64,000 bases of DNA, from NCBI RefSeq assembly GCF_009914755.1, contig NC_060933.1. One strand, 5' to 3'. The notes under the pieces are model-generated. The model worked only from the letters and a program-made list of their open reading frames with translations. It was not told the DNA's origin and searched no databases. The DNA is from the human T2T-CHM13v2.0 reference genome, Homo sapiens. Below, piece by piece: positions 15,936-31,435 of the stretch. Numbering within the stretch: the stretch's first letter is position 1; each line of letters opens with the position of its first letter. A program made the translations under genes and the position numbers.

Positions 15936-16220
15936 TGGCTGGGTGCAGTGGCTCACACCTGTAATCCCAGAACTTTGGGAGGCTGAGGTGAGAGGATTGC
16001 TTGATGCCAGGAGTTTGAGACCAGCCTGGGCAACAAAGTGAGATTCTTACTCTACAAAAATTTTTAAATAAATAGCTGGGCATGCTGGTGCTCATCTGTA
16101 GTCCCAGCTACTCAGGAGGCTGGGGATGGAGGATCATTTGACCCAGGAGTTCCAGGTATAGTTACACCATTGCACTCCAGCCTGGGCAAAAGAGTGAGAC
16201 TTTGTCTCAAAAAACAAAAA
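15936..16220 (+). mobile_element. AluJ-like
   Basis: Alu consensus. Confidence 0.88.
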
Positions 16221-16229
16221 TCTTACAAT

Positions 16230-16440
16230 TATTGAGTTGTTGTAGGAACTGTTCTACATACTTTACATAGCTTCTCATTTAAGCATCACGATGGTGTCCT
16301 ATGAGATAGCTACTATTGTCATCTTTATTAATGAGGAAGTTGAGGCACAGAAAGGCTAAGCAATAGTTGGTAAGTGTCAAGGCTTAAAGTAGGACTCAAG
16401 CCCTAGTTGAACCGAATCCAAAGACTGAGCTCTTTCTACT
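16230..16440 (-). mobile_element. MIR
   Basis: MIR core atgaggaagttgaggcacagaaaggctaagcaa. Confidence 0.7.
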
Positions 16441-16584
16441 CAAATAGGCTGCTGTTTTCATTAAGGCAGTGAGCAATAAGAGCTATTAAGTATTGTACTT
16501 TCTTCAAAAAATTATTTGTTTTGAAGACAGAGGAAAAACATGCTATTCAATTTTTACAATTACATGAATGATTGTATGTTTTGA

Positions 16585-16749
<165 letters not shown>

Positions 16750-16896
16750 TAGAGCCAACTCTTTCAGCATGACATGGATTTGATTTACATATATAGAATT
16801 AAAATAAATTGATCTCATTTACATATAACTAGTTGGTGAAACCTGTGGAATGCGTATTTTGAATTCTTGGAATTTACAATCTGTTTCTTGGTCTAA

Positions 16897-17082
<186 letters not shown>

Positions 17083-20000
17083 TAGGTCAATCAACTTTCT
17101 TTCCAAAATATTTGTTTTAACATTGACATAGGTAAGGGTCAATTTTTTATATTTGGAAGCTCAACCATTCCCTGAATGCAAATATAAATTAAGTTATTTT
17201 GAAATAACTTAATTGTCTAAGATTTTATTTTAAATATTGATACTTTTAAAGAAGCATTAAAGGGCACAGCTTTATAAAATGCACTTTGGAAAATATTTGT
17301 GAATTTGTTAAAGGTAAAACCTTTTCAACTTTTTTTCTACACAGGCTTATTCTTTTTTTTTTTTTTTTTCTCTTAACTAGTGTAAAACAACACATGAAAG
17401 AAAATATTCCCTGGAAATAGGCTTTATCTTAAAACTCAAACAAAACTAAAGCAACTTACAATAAAGGGACATGTTGCTGTTGCTGCTAATTTTCTGAAAA
17501 ACTGATGTATCATCTCTCAGTGGCAAGGCTTAAGAGGTAAAAATGGGAGGGGAGAAAGAGAGCAATCAGAAATATGCAGGTCACTTGGATATTAGATAAT
17601 GAGGGAAAATGCCAGGAAGAGGTTTTTTTTTTTGTTTTTAAGTTTGTTTTATGTGTTGAGACAAGGTGCTGTTTAGCTTTGGGTCTAATAATTTTTGGTT
17701 TGAAAAAGAATGAGTTGCAACTTGCCTAGAGATGAATTTTAGGAGGACTCTGAGGAAACCAGATTGGCAGTGAATATGTGGTGACGAAGTGAGAAACACT
17801 TCAGCAGAAGGTGGAACAAATTATTAACTGACTTATTGCTCATCCTGGCAGAAACAGCCACTTAGATAAGAACCTAAAGCCTCCTCTCAAATCTAGAATG
17901 TCTTAGTGGGAAGGTGGGAGATAAGGAGCTTGTAAATAGCAAAATCAAGTGGGATTTTGAGTTTACTTGTCCCTGTTCTACCCATAGCCAGGAAACTTAA
18001 CTGGAGTTTTAATAAATGACACTATCTCTTACTCTTTTCTCTTTTTGGCCACATCTCCAACTGATAAAGGAATTAGCCATGTGGGTGAGAGGTGAGACTG
18101 AAGTGATTGTCTGCTGCACTAATTCTCAGAATTGTGCATTACAGTGACCTGAGGACATTTTGTTAAAAATCTACAATTGTAGGCTTTCCCCTGAAGATTT
18201 TGATGTAATAGACCTATTAAGGCCTGAACGTGTTTAAAAATGTTTTCTTGAAGCTGGGCACAGTGGTGTATTCCTGTAGTCCCAGCTTGAGCCTAAGAGT
18301 TTGAATCCAGCTTGAGCAACATAGTGAGACTCTTGTCTCTAACAACAATAATAGCCAAAAAAAAACCCCACAAAAAAACAAAAAACCTTCAAGGTTGGGA
18401 TACACTCTTGATTAAAAACCCCAGAATAGATAAGTGCAATATATAAATTTCTGTATCTCAAAAATGTAAGAAATCTCTAGAAGAGTTGGCATTTGATAGT
18501 TGCCACTTCCTTCAAAGTTCTCCTTTTCAATTATATTAGCCTGACTTATCTGTCTTTCTCTACATCTGTGACTGGGAAGTGAAAGGAAATATCATTGGCA
18601 ATATCTCTCAGCTTACAGAATAACATGTTTTGCTTCCCACCATGAATCATTCACTACCATTCAGAGAGTCTTCAGAAATTTGCTTATGAGTAATCTTTCA
18701 ACAGGTAGAGGCTGACCCTTTCATGATTTCATGTCCCTTTGTCACCACGCAGGTGATTATGTGTCAACAAATGTTCATTACAAGTTTGGCTTTCTCAATT
18801 AAGATAGTAGCAAATCCTAAACTATTTTTTTTAGTTGAAGTTTTATTATGAACTATCTCAGTATGTTTGTTAAGTTTATAGAACTTTAGCATACCCAAAA
18901 TGTCAGTTTTAAACACTGAAATCCATGAAGTTAATAAGAATATAGATAGGAATTCTTTTAATAATTTAGTTTTAGCAGTCTTGTGAACCAATTATCTATT
19001 TGGTTAACAATCTGGGAAAATTATATACAAACATTTTAAATGAATACATGTTGGAAAAATTCTTGAAGCAGGTATTGTGAGTCTTTTTAGCAATTTTTAT
19101 TATATATGAGAGCCTGATTTTTTGGTAGAACATATGATACCAGAGAAAGAAAATATTTTACATGCAAATACTTGGATTTTACACAACCATTTAGTAACAT
19201 ATTAATAGCGAATATAAAAAAACAAGGGCTATATTCTAATGTGGTACATAGATTTGTTTGTTCGCCTCTATAAGTTGAATCAACATGTAAAATTTAGAAG
19301 ACTCGTGAAGAAATGTGGACTTCAGCCGTATCCTAAAAAATCAAAACTGGTGTCCCCTGAGTTTCTATCATTCTTTGGTCTGCTGTGCAGAAGTTGCCCC
19401 TTTATAGAAGGCATGTATTCTCCAGTTTGCTACTGTGCCCACCTTGGTACTTCCCTTACTCAGGCAACCTTCCTTTGTCCTTGTAAGTATCTGAGTTTAC
19501 AACTCCTATATTATAGTATATTTTGATAAAAATTTCAAGGTTTTTAAGTCAACATGTATTTGTTTATAATATATAGTCTATAGAGTATATAAATCCCTCA
19601 GTTATGGAGTTGAATTTTAGAGTTTAGAAGTTTTTAACTCTTTTCTTTATATATACCACAAATAATTCTCTGCCCATAAGAATGCCTAGAAGCCTTTTTA
19701 GGTTATTCCTGGTTATAGTTGGATAATTTATGAATATTGCAGACAGTACATCTTTCTCCTCAGTTCTCTTCCTTAAAGATGCAAGTGACTTATTGGCTTG
19801 TATTATGCCAGAAATAATCCATATGGATCAGTTTGAGAACTTTTATTGATAAGCCATTATGTTTTTATTTCCAATTTATATTTTGTCTAAAATAAAAAAT
19901 AATTTTAAGTAGCCATTTAAGTGGAAGCCAGTAAAAATGGATTTAAAAAGTAGAGCTGCACTAGGGTCCCGGGATTACCATTATAATTGAGAATAGTATT

Positions 20001-20966
20001 TCTTACTGAGTTTTGGCTTTTAAAATATTTGTTCTTAAGTTTTTTAAATCTATCTCTCTTACACAGAATATACTGAGCTTTCTAACAGTAAAGATAAAAA
20101 TCTCTTCTCTTGTATTAGGGGAAAAACCCATGGACTATTTAATAATAAGGAAAATAAATGCATTTGAAGCCAATCTCTCTTAATTCAAAGCTCATTTCCA
20201 TGGTGACCCATTTGGAGCAGGAGTGCCTGACATTGGCATCTGGGATCCTGACACCATTGATAGAAGTGAATCAAGCAAGTTTGTACCACCCAGAGGAAAC
20301 TGCCACCTGTATTGGGAAGCTCTGGCAACTGTATCTCTGAAACTCTAAATTCCTCAAATGTTAATGTTTGCCACAAATAGTATTGTTAAAGGGGGATTAG
20401 GTAAAATTAAAGAGATTTCTTGATTATTGGACATAAAATACAGTTTTGTAATACTTCTCAAATACAGATGGTCATGGAGTCTTTCTCTTGGGGTATAATA
20501 CTTCTGATAAAGCAAATATTCTTTGGAATATAGTTTAAGAAACACTGCTTTAGAGATAGTAATTTAGATCATTAATTAATGTAAAAAACTTAAAATATTT
20601 GCTACTGTGTCTTAGGGTTTTAGGCCCTTGCCTCAAGAAGCTCTTGGTTTCAGTGGGAAACAGTGAAATGACTACAATGTACCATGCTAAGTGCTGTGAT
20701 CAAAGCAAGGATTCTTGGGACTAGTAAATGTTTAAAGTGAGTTTTGGCAATGACCACAGTTAATCCGGGAAGACAGAGGAGGGTTGTTTGCAAGGCAAAG
20801 CGCAGCACATCAGAAAGCACAGAGGAGTGAGAATGAAGGGACTGCTTTTCATTTACTTCCTTTCTATATTGTATATTGAAGTTCAAAGCATCCTAGAGAA
20901 GATTTTCAGTTCAGTTGAGAAATATGTAATTTTGTGAATTATTAATTTATTTCTGCTGTTTTATAG

Positions 20967-21074
20967 GACAATAATACCCCACTTTTATTCGCTATAATTT
21001 GCAAGAAAGAGAAAATGGTGGAATTTTTATTGAAAAAGAAAGCAAGTGCACAATGCCGTTGATAGGCTGAGACG
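20967..21074 (+). pseudogene. ANKRD20A: ANKRD20A exon 4 with +1 frameshift and TGA at 21060-21062
   Basis: DNNTPLLFAIICKKEKMVEFLLKKKASAQCR*. The exon is 108 nt, but exon 5 needs a phase-2 end (107 nt). CAAT GCC replaces CAT GCC (HAVDRLRR). Confidence 0.92.
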
Positions 21075-21355
21075 GTACAGTAGTTCTTTTTTTAAAAATA
21101 AAACCTGAGTATTCTAGAGTGGTCACTCAAGTCAGAAATATTAATAAGAAGATTAACATAATTATTGGCATATAATGAAAAATATCACCATGAATAATCA
21201 GGTAGACCAGCAAATATTTGGACTGAGTAACATAAAGAATAGTATATAGTAGGATTCATCTTCTCTTATAATATACAGTGTTTGATATTTATAATGAGAT
21301 GTTTTTGGTACCGTAATCTTTTATTAGCTAAAGGGTTTTGTATTAGTTTTATTAA

Positions 21356-21650
<295 letters not shown>

Positions 21651-22115
21651 GTTTTATTCATTTTTAAAGTGTGAACTTCTAGTTTATGACTACTAGCATT
21701 GTCATTATTATTATTGTTGTTGTTTTCAGCCTGCAGATAACTCTTATCTGACCCCTAGCTGATTTGACTAGGAAAGCAATGGGGACATCTTCATCTAAAT
21801 CTTTGCCTACTTTAGATAAGTGACCTCAGCACAGTTTCTTGGCCATCAAAGGACTATAAGTTAGCAACTTGTATTATGTCTTACACCAGTGGGACAAGAG
21901 GCTTCCCTGTTGTTCCTTTCTTTTAGCCTTGGTGACAATTTACAAAGATGAACACTTGAGCATCCTAGATGCTTATAGACCCAAGCTAGTACATGCAAAT
22001 GGTTATTACATCTACACTGACAGGCGGATATTAAATTGGTAAAGTGTATCAAACTAGCTTTTTAAAAAAGTCTTTATTAAAGTTCTTGAGTGGAGTTATT
22101 TCTTTGTTATTTTAG

Positions 22116-22253
22116 GTCAGCTCTCATACTTGCTGTATACTATGACTCACCAGGTATTGTCAATATCCTTCTTAAGCAAAATATTGATATCTTCGCTCAA
22201 GACATGTGTGGACGAGATGCAGAAGATTACGCTATTTCTCATCATTTGACAAA
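22116..22253 (+). pseudogene. ANKRD20A: ANKRD20A exon 5 (138 nt)
   Basis: SALILAVYYDSPGIVNILLKQNIDIFAQDMCGRDAEDYAISHHLTK, tag| and |gtaagt. Confidence 0.95.
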
Positions 22254-23627
22254 GTAAGTGTTTATGTTAAAAGGCCAGTTAATGCTAAATTGAAGTTTAA
22301 AATAATTGCAACTACTCCATCTTATACATTAGGTGAGAGTTCATAGTTTGGTTCAGATAGTTTGAAATAGCGAAGAAGTCTACCTTTTAGCCAGAAATCA
22401 AGCAGAAGTCTAGATTAGTTAGAAGTAGAGTGCGAGATTTTTTCTGGATTTTTGAGACCTTTATCCCTAGGGATCTCAATGTTATTCATTTTATTCTAAG
22501 TATAATCCCCATGCATGGGATAAAAAGAGCCATGTCTTTGATTTCTTTTCCTTTCCTTTCCTTTTTTTTTTTTTTTTTTTGTAGAGACAAGGTCTCACTC
22601 TGTTGCCCTGGCTGGTCTTGAACTTTTGAGGTCAAGTAATCCCCCTGCCTCGGCCTCTGAAAGTGCTAGCCACCATGCCTGGCCTGACTTTTCTAATTAG
22701 TTATTGAGTCTTGTAATGTCCAGTTTAACAGAAAATCTTGTATTGTCCCCTGGGGCTCTCTCCTGTGTCTTCCTTCTTTGAATTTTCCAAGAAGCTAAGG
22801 GGTTTCCTAAGTCCAAGGAAGGCAATCTTTCTTTACAAGTCAGAAGAAGGGGAAAAAAGGCCATTCTAATCATTCTGTTGTTTCCATGGACTCACTTGCT
22901 GTACTATTGCCATTATAACCGGTCCTGCAATCTGATAATGATTGACCTTTGCCACCAGGATGCCTTCACTGATTCAGACCCCTCAGTTTTCATGGTGATT
23001 CATATATAGAGGTCAAAGCTATGGTGTTTATTAGTTTATGTACTTGTGCTCAGTCATTGTTCCCAGCACCTGCTCTGGCAGCTAGGCCTCTTAGCTTTAT
23101 CCACACAAATATTGAGCAAGTTGATGCTCACCCTACACTAAAAACCTTATTTGGAGCCCACATCTTAGCTAGACTTTGCCTAGGCCTTCATGGTATGTTA
23201 TCCTTTGAGAGCCATGTTTGTCTTTCCTTTACCCAATGTTGGGATTGTTCTCAATAGTCAGGGATGTTCAAATAATGTTGCAGGAAGAGATCAGAGTTCC
23301 CTGTCTCTTTTGCTATCAGATCTGTACCTTGAGGCTTTTTTATATCCTGTGCAGCAGCTTTGGTTAGATAGCGGAATGTTCCATGTTATCTTTCCACTGA
23401 GTAGTGGGAACCAGCTTGCAGTTGGCCCCTCAAGTAATGTGTCTCTATAATCATGAAAATCTCCTGGGCTACTTGCAGCTCTTCCTCAAGTTTTCAATAT
23501 ATTTTAAAATTCTACCTCACAAGAAGCCATTCAATAAAATTCTCTGAATCTGAAGTAAGTGAGTTGGATTTAATAGAGCTAAGCCTCATCCATGACTCAT
23601 GAGTATCCATGTATCAAACAGGGCTTT

Positions 23628-23733
23628 GTACTTATTTCAACAGCACATATTTTAAAATTGGATCAATACAGAGCAGATAAGCATGGCTACTGCCTAGGGA
23701 TGGCACACAAATTCAGAAAACATTCCGTATTTT
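23628..23733 (+). pseudogene. U6 snRNA retrocopy (RNU6 pseudogene)
   Basis: 106 nt, gap-free against U6 (cagcacatat..taaaattgga..atacagag.agat.agcatggc...caaattc..ttcc.tatttt); about 25 mismatches by hand count. Confidence 0.9.
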
Positions 23734-24837
23734 GCCTAGTCCCAGGAAGGCCATTTGACTATTTGTTGAGTAGCTCCGAGGAAGCAGTGTGAGCAAAACC
23801 AAAACAGGTGACACGCAATATTGAAATTGTGATTATCGCTATGAAACTATTGATGTATGGTGATCTCTGAAATGGGAACAGAGCTGAGTAATAAGGGGAT
23901 GTTACATGTTGTTAGTACATGTCTTGGAAATGAGAAAATGTCAACTTGCATTTCCTTCATGGAACTGAAAAACAATCAAAGCAGGGTTTGGTCTTGTCTG
24001 TTAGTTGGAGAGGACCATGGAGATCCAGCAGCCAAGCACAGATCTGCTGGCTCAGAGTTTGAGGAGGTAGAGAAGGAGTGGTAGTTGTCCAAGCCAGGTT
24101 TTGACACCTATTAGTTTTCTGCCCTTGGTGTGATTGATGAGCTCAGTGATGAGCTCACTAAATTTATATATATAGAAATTTAGTAATAAGTTATGAATTA
24201 GGTAAAATGCCCTGAATTACAAGCCACAATGAATACAAGTAATAACCAAAATTAGCACTTAATAACATTTTCTGAAAACTGCAACATTTGAGTATTAGAA
24301 CTTACAGAAAAACACACACCGAGCATTATTTGGGATTCCAAAATGGTTTCAGCAATAAAGTTCAAGAATAAATTATTCCATTGCTTTACTATTTCTCTGA
24401 ACATTTAAACGTGTAATCTCATTACATCTTCCAAACAACCTAGTGAAGTAAGGTAGCAGAATCCTTATTTTTTGGAATAAACCATGGAGCCTAAGAGAAG
24501 CAACTAGTCTGAAGACAAAATACCTACAGAGCGAGGTATTTTGGTTACAGAGCAAGGACTTACTCTGAGTGCAGGACACTTTGCATGATATCCAGCTAAC
24601 TAGAGTTCATTTACTGAGCTGTGCTTCCTCCATTTATGAGTACTTCACTTTCTTTTCTTCTTTAATTATAAGCTTAATAAGCTTGTAAGGTTTACAAATT
24701 TGAAGTGTATGGGACATTAAAATTCTGATATTAGGTCTGATATTGCTTGAAAGTGTTTTGGAATTTAATATGTTTGGTGAATATTTTTTATTTCATTATA
24801 AAAATAGCAATTTTATTTATTACTTTTGTATACATAG

Positions 24838-24893
24838 AATTCAACAACAAATTTTGGAACATAAAAAGAAGACACTTAAAACGGAGAAATCAG
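24838..24893 (+). pseudogene. ANKRD20A: ANKRD20A exon 6 (56 nt)
   Basis: IQQQILEHKKKTLKTEKS, tag| and |gtaaga. Confidence 0.92.
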
Positions 24894-25340
24894 GTAAGAC
24901 TTCTGATTGCGAATTTCTTACTTCTCTTGGTGGTCCTACTCTTGATAAGAAAATACAAAGTAAGATGTAAGATTAAGGTAGTTTCAGTCAAAAAAGACCA
25001 GTTTAAAAATATGTGTAAATTGAATGTGTATATATGTATATACATATGTAAATTAATTTTTAAAATTTAACTTCTTTAGTTTGAAATTCAGATTTATTTA
25101 AGAAGGTAGTTGTAGCTAATTTATAATCTCAAACATTATTGTCTGAAAACATTCATTTATTTAATTATGATCCCTAAAATCCTATATAATATTTTTGCAT
25201 AAATAAGAAAAAAGATTTTTAAGTTAGTATGTTGTATGTTTCCTCTATAGTCACATTATAACAAATTGGACTTGTTATACAAATGGATCTTTGATTTCAT
25301 TTTTATAATAAATTGTTTATATTTAGTAAACAAATAACTA

Positions 25341-25764
25341 CAGTTGACCCATGAATAATGTGGGGGTGAGGGACTCTGATCCCTGTGCTGTTGAAAATCT
25401 GAGTATAACTTTTGATTCCTTCACCTTAGCTACTAATAGCCCACAATTGACTGGAAGCCTTCCTGATAACATAAACAGTTGATGAACACCTATTTTGTTT
25501 GTGCTGCATTATTATATACTGTGTTCGTACAATAAAATAAGCTAGAGAAATGAAGCTGTTAGAAAGGAAATCATCAGGAAAAACATATTGACTTTTCATA
25601 AAGCATAAGTAGTCCTGACAAAGGTCTTCATGATCTTCAGGTTGATTAGGCTGAGGAGGAAGAGGAGAGGTGGATCTTGCTGTCTCTCTGTTGCAGAGGC
25701 AGAGGAAAATCTGCATATAAGTGAATCCCTGCAGTTGAAACCCTTGCTGTTCAAGGGTGAACTG
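25341..25764. mobile_element. Tigger2a-like non-autonomous DNA transposon
   Basis: TA|CAGTTGACCCATGAA ... TTCAAGGGTGAACTG|TA: terminal inverted repeats with TA target duplication. Confidence 0.88.
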
Positions 25765-26374
25765 TATTACATATTGATTTGTGTCACTAAGAAAGTAACT
25801 ATCTTTAGAACCAGGAACTCAGCAATCCCTTTCTGGTACCATAAATAAATGGCAATAAGAACTGTAGAACTGAACCAGTGTGCACCCATGCAAATAGGAG
25901 ATTATTTTTTGAAGACAGCTACTGAGCACAGAAGACGGAAAAGCAATTCCTTTGTGAGGAGCACAAGTTATATTACATATTCGTACACAAGCAAAATGAT
26001 TTTATCTGTCATAGTTTACATACATACACATACACACGTGCACATGTGCACACACGTGTGCCCACAGACACAAAGTTAAAAGTCCTGCTGATTCTTAATG
26101 ACCAAATCCAACTGTTCACAGAGAGCGGTGGATAATGCATCCTACTGTTTGGATTCAATTCTTTTGACTTTTTGACTTGTTTTGTGATGAACTGCCTTTA
26201 ATGGGTTTAAATCATGTTTTTAGTTTTATGAGAAATGAAGAAAAAGATTAGAAGCAAGTAAACAGGAACTCTATGGTCAGTAGTAGACTATAATACTATA
26301 TTCAATAGTCATATGTTTTTCTCCAGTTATACAATTTACTTGAATGATGCACAATTAATCAATTATTATTATCA

Positions 26375-26875
26375 TAGGAGATGGTGTCTCTCTATGTTGC
26401 CTAGGCTAGAATACAGTGTCTATTCATTGGTGAAATCATAGCTCACCGTAGCCTTGAACTCCTGGGCTCAAGCAGTCCTCCTACCTCATCCTCCTGAGTA
26501 GCTGGGACTACAGTTTTGTGTGGTTACATCTGGCCTGATACACAATTATTTATTTGTTTATTTATTTTTAATACAGGGTCTCCCTCTGTTGTCAGTACTG
26601 GTGTGCAGTGGTGCCATCTTGGCTCACTGCAACTTCTGCTTGCTGGCCTTAAATGATCCTTTCACCTTAGCCTCCCAAGTAGCTGGGACTATAGGCATGT
26701 ACTACCACACTTGGCTAATTTTCTTTTTAAGGGTTTTTTTTGTTTGTTTGTTTAATAGATGAGGTCTCACTATATTGCCGAGGCCGGTCTGGAACTTCTG
26801 GGCTCAAGTGATCCTCCTGCCTCAACCTCCCAAAATGCTCGGATTTACAAGTGTGAGCCACTGCACCTGGCCTTC
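26375..26875 (-). mobile_element. Tandem AluJ-like elements
   Basis: Alu monomer followed by a dimer. Confidence 0.8.
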
Positions 26876-27239
26876 AAAATTATTATGAAAAGGAATGAAG
26901 CCCAGTTGAGTTGCAGAAAATTGACCACTTTTTCATTTTTGTTTCTAGAAACATTCATATTGTAGAACATATTGCCAATCACCCAGATTCTCTATTTTTT
27001 ATTCAGATAAAAGAGGATTGCTGCTTATTTCACATTATTTTCTGACATTATTTTTTCATTTATTCCTTCTATGGCTTTATTCAATTGGATAGATATAGAA
27101 ATACAAGAATCTCCAAGTCAAATATCAAGGCAAAAAAAGAAAAGAAAAACAGATGAGGTAAAGTTATTCTGTGAAATAACCATCTGATTACAGTTACACG
27201 TATCATATCAACTTAATACAAATCTTACACAATGAATTT

Positions 27240-27780
27240 GTGTCAAGGTTTCCCAAGACCACCCCAGGTTTGGTGGTTCATTAGAAGGACTCACAGGACT
27301 CAGGAAATAGTCATACTCAGATCTTTAATTGATAACAAGGAAGGGGACAAGCAAAATTAGTAGAGGAAAAAGGTGCATGTGGTCAATTCTGGAGGAAACA
27401 AGGCACAAGCCTCCAGGAGTTCTGTCCTGTGGAGTTCCCGGGATCTGCTTAATTCTCCCAGGCTCACATTTTGACAACATATGTGCAGTGATGTCTACCA
27501 GTACCAGAGTCTCATTAGGGACTAAGTGCCCAAGTTTTTCTATGGAGGTTACTCTCCCTCACATGTACCCAAATTCCAGACTCTTGCAAGGAAAGCAGCT
27601 GTTTAGAGTAATACACTTTCTATAAGCACTTTAGACACAGTGAGCCACTCTTCTCAGGGAATGGTGGGAACCCTCCCATTTCCAATTTCCTAAACACCAG
27701 CCAAGGGCCAGCCTTGCATGCAGGCCTTTCTAAGGATGGCAGCCTCTTGCCTGCTATATGAAATCTTTTCTGCACAACAC
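27240..27780. mobile_element. MER21-like LTR fragment
   Basis: cccaagaccaccccaggtttggtggttcattagaaggactcacaggactcag. Confidence 0.6.
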
Positions 27781-28332
27781 TTGTAACCCCAACTTAATTT
27801 TTGGTGTTGTTTTAAAATTTCATTTTAATAACATAATATTATAAGATAAGGTAACTTGGTACTAATTTCTGTTGTGTGATCCATCTTAAGTTGCAGTTCT
27901 TGTTACCTTTTTGACTTTTGGTGATGAACAGCTATTTGTATATAAGTTACCATAGCAATGTTAGGTAATTATAATCTGTCCTATTTATCTCATTAACCTT
28001 TCAGTAAAATTGTTAAACTAAATAAGCAAAATAATTTGAGTTAAAATTAGAATAAAAATTGTCTTTTATTTTGATTACATGAATAGTCTAGTTTTCATAT
28101 TGTGCTAAATCCCTGTTTAGAATTATGAAATAAGATAAAATATTCAATTATTTTTATCAATATTTTGTTACCTAAGCATGCAATTAAATTTATTTATTTT
28201 ATATATTTTATATAGTTCAATTTGAGAAGTAATGACCGCATGTTGTTACTTTGGTCTTCAATGATCTCTAATTTTTAGGGTCACCGTGTCTTGCTTAAAT
28301 ATATCATAGTAACAGGTTCAGTGAATATCTTT

Positions 28333-29018
<686 letters not shown>

Positions 29019-29029
29019 CTGAATATCTT

Positions 29030-29465
29030 TTTTAAATCAATAACCTTATTTCTTAGAGCAGTTTTAGGTTCACAGCAAAATTGAGAGGAAGGTACAGAGA
29101 TTTTTCATATATCCCATGCCTCCCACACATGCATAGCCTCCCCCATTATTACTATTTTCCACCAGAGAGTGGTACATTTGTTACAACTGATGAACTTACA
29201 TTGACACATTATAATCATTCAAAGTTCATAGTTTACATCAGGCTTCACTCTTGATGCTGTACATTCTGTGAATTTGGACAAGTGTATAATGACATGACAT
29301 GTATCTATTACTGTAATATTATCAACAGAACAGTTTCACAGCCCTAAAAATTCTCTATGCTATTCATCTCTCCCTTTCTCCCTAGCAACTCTTGGCAACC
29401 ATTGATGTTTACTCTGTCTTCATAGTTTCATTTTTTCAGAAGAGTCACATAGTTGGAATAATACA
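29030..29465 (-). mobile_element. Old L1M 3' fragment
   Basis: agagcagttttaggttcacagcaaaattgag...gtggtacatttgttacaactgatgaac. Confidence 0.75.
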
Positions 29466-30498
29466 GTGGATATCTTTTTGAATAGTTAAAAAATTAAAGC
29501 TCCATGGCAGTTGAATGTAGTCATTTAAGATCTTCTTTGTCCTTTTGTTTTTCTTTTGCTTCTTTATCATTGTAAAGAATGATATATTCTGATGACATAT
29601 GCTTTACATACTTAGAAAACATGATTTGTATAGATATGTGGCACATAATAGAAAGGGTTGTGGAAAAGGACACCATGCTGTACCACACAGCACAAACTGG
29701 AGCATCTTGCTCTGTGAGGTGGGTCCAGATAGACTCTCTAGCAATGGAAAGGGACAAGTGCAAGGGGTTGTACTTTATAAAACTGGAATCACAAAGTCTT
29801 TCATACTTACCTTCGGTTGGAAATAAGACTGGACAGTGAATGCTATAGGTAAATACATAGGTTCCTCACTGATCCTCTTCCTTTGAGGAATGAGGTTGAC
29901 AACAGCCTGTATTATGATGATGTGACTCACCTACAACTAGATTCTGTCATGAGGGATAGCAAGAGAGTTTTGCTTTCTGTGAGGTGAAAAAGAATTTTTT
30001 TCCCCTACTAGGGAGAAGGGCAAGCACTGGAACATTCTGGTAGTAAAAGGGCATTGATGGTTTTCTTTCTATATATTTTTCACATCATATAGTACTGCCC
30101 AGCAGCCTGCCACACCTCCCTGGTGTTTCTTCAGCTTCTCTCTGAATGTGAGGTGTGGTTCCTAGCGGATAAGCTCTTAAAGGAGTGATCTTTCCAGCGG
30201 GTTTTCTGTGGGAGGTAAAATAGCAGGTGAATTTGGGCCTTGCTATATGTAGGGCAGAGCAAATAGCTACAACTAAGTAAACCACCCAGCACCTTCCCCA
30301 AAGAGTAGTAGCCAGAGTAATACATTGATCTCTTTTGAGCTCTTTTCCACTAGCGGCTGGAAAGTCTTTGCAAGGATTCCTGTTTCTGGTCTGATTCCTA
30401 TGTTTTGCTGACATCTGGTGTTAGGGTGTTTTATTCTAAACTGAGCAGTTTGAACTGAAGAGCTAGAGAGGCTGTGTTGTGTTATAACAAAATAAGTG

Positions 30499-30841
30499 CA
30501 GTAGCTCCCCCTTAACTGTGGGAGATACATTCCAAGACCCCCAGTGGATGTATGAAACCATAAATAGTACTGAATCACAAACTGTTTTTCCCTATACATA
30601 CATATCTATGCTAAAGTTTAATTTATAAATTAAATTGAATCTGATGTTACCAGCAGATAGGGTGTGAGAATTGAATTGTGTCATCAGCAGGAATGATTGC
30701 TTGCTTGTTGGTGGGGAAAAACCCTCCACACATTTGGTCACAGAAGCCTTCTTTGTTGATGATTGTTGCTGTGGTGTGACAGCAGAGAAAAATGTGTCAA
30801 GCCTGTCTTTCTGCACATATAGTGGATAAGGGGTACTACTG
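30499..30841. mobile_element. MER44/Tigger7-like element with nested LTR fragment (~30645-30815)
   Basis: TIRs cagtagctccccctta ... taaggggtactactg|ta, internal ttccaagacccccagtggatg; nested antisense MER21-type end (cacacatttggtcacagaag). Confidence 0.72.
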
Positions 30842-31435
30842 TATACTCTGTTTTAATGGCGCCTCATATTTTGGTCCAGAAATCATGCTCTTTGACACTG
30901 TTGACTCATCACACCTGTTCTGCTAACAATACCATTTTTACTCAACCTCATAGGGTTTGGCTAGGTTGACTTGCATACTGCAGTTCACTTGTAGATACCA
31001 AATTTTAATAAATTTATTCTTCTTTGCATCTAATAAATACAAAGGGAAGAGTTCTTACAGCATTAATTACCTACCAATATGTATAACGAATGTTAATTCT
31101 AATAAGGTCCCAGGCATGCTCCCAAAGGAATGCTTTGTAACAAAGCATCAGTCTTATGCTTTAAAAAACCAAACCAAACAAAAACAAAAACAACAACAAC
31201 AACAAAAAACAGGATCTAAAGCATACATACAAGTGTGCGCAATTTTTTTATGAAGGTAGAGTCTTACTATGTTTCCCAAGCTGATCTCAAACTTCTGGGC
31301 TCCTCAAGTGATCCTCCTGCCTCAGCCTCCCAAGTAGTTTGGATTAGAGGGATGCATCACTGTGCATACTTATGCTTTTAATATTCTGTACATTTGTTAT
31401 TGATTTAAAATGCATTTTACCTTTTTCTTTAATAG

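Noticed and set aside
23628-23733. Functional U6 snRNA gene
   Set aside because: About a quarter of positions differ, the ACAGAGA box reads ACAGAGC, and no upstream PSE/TATA was recognised.
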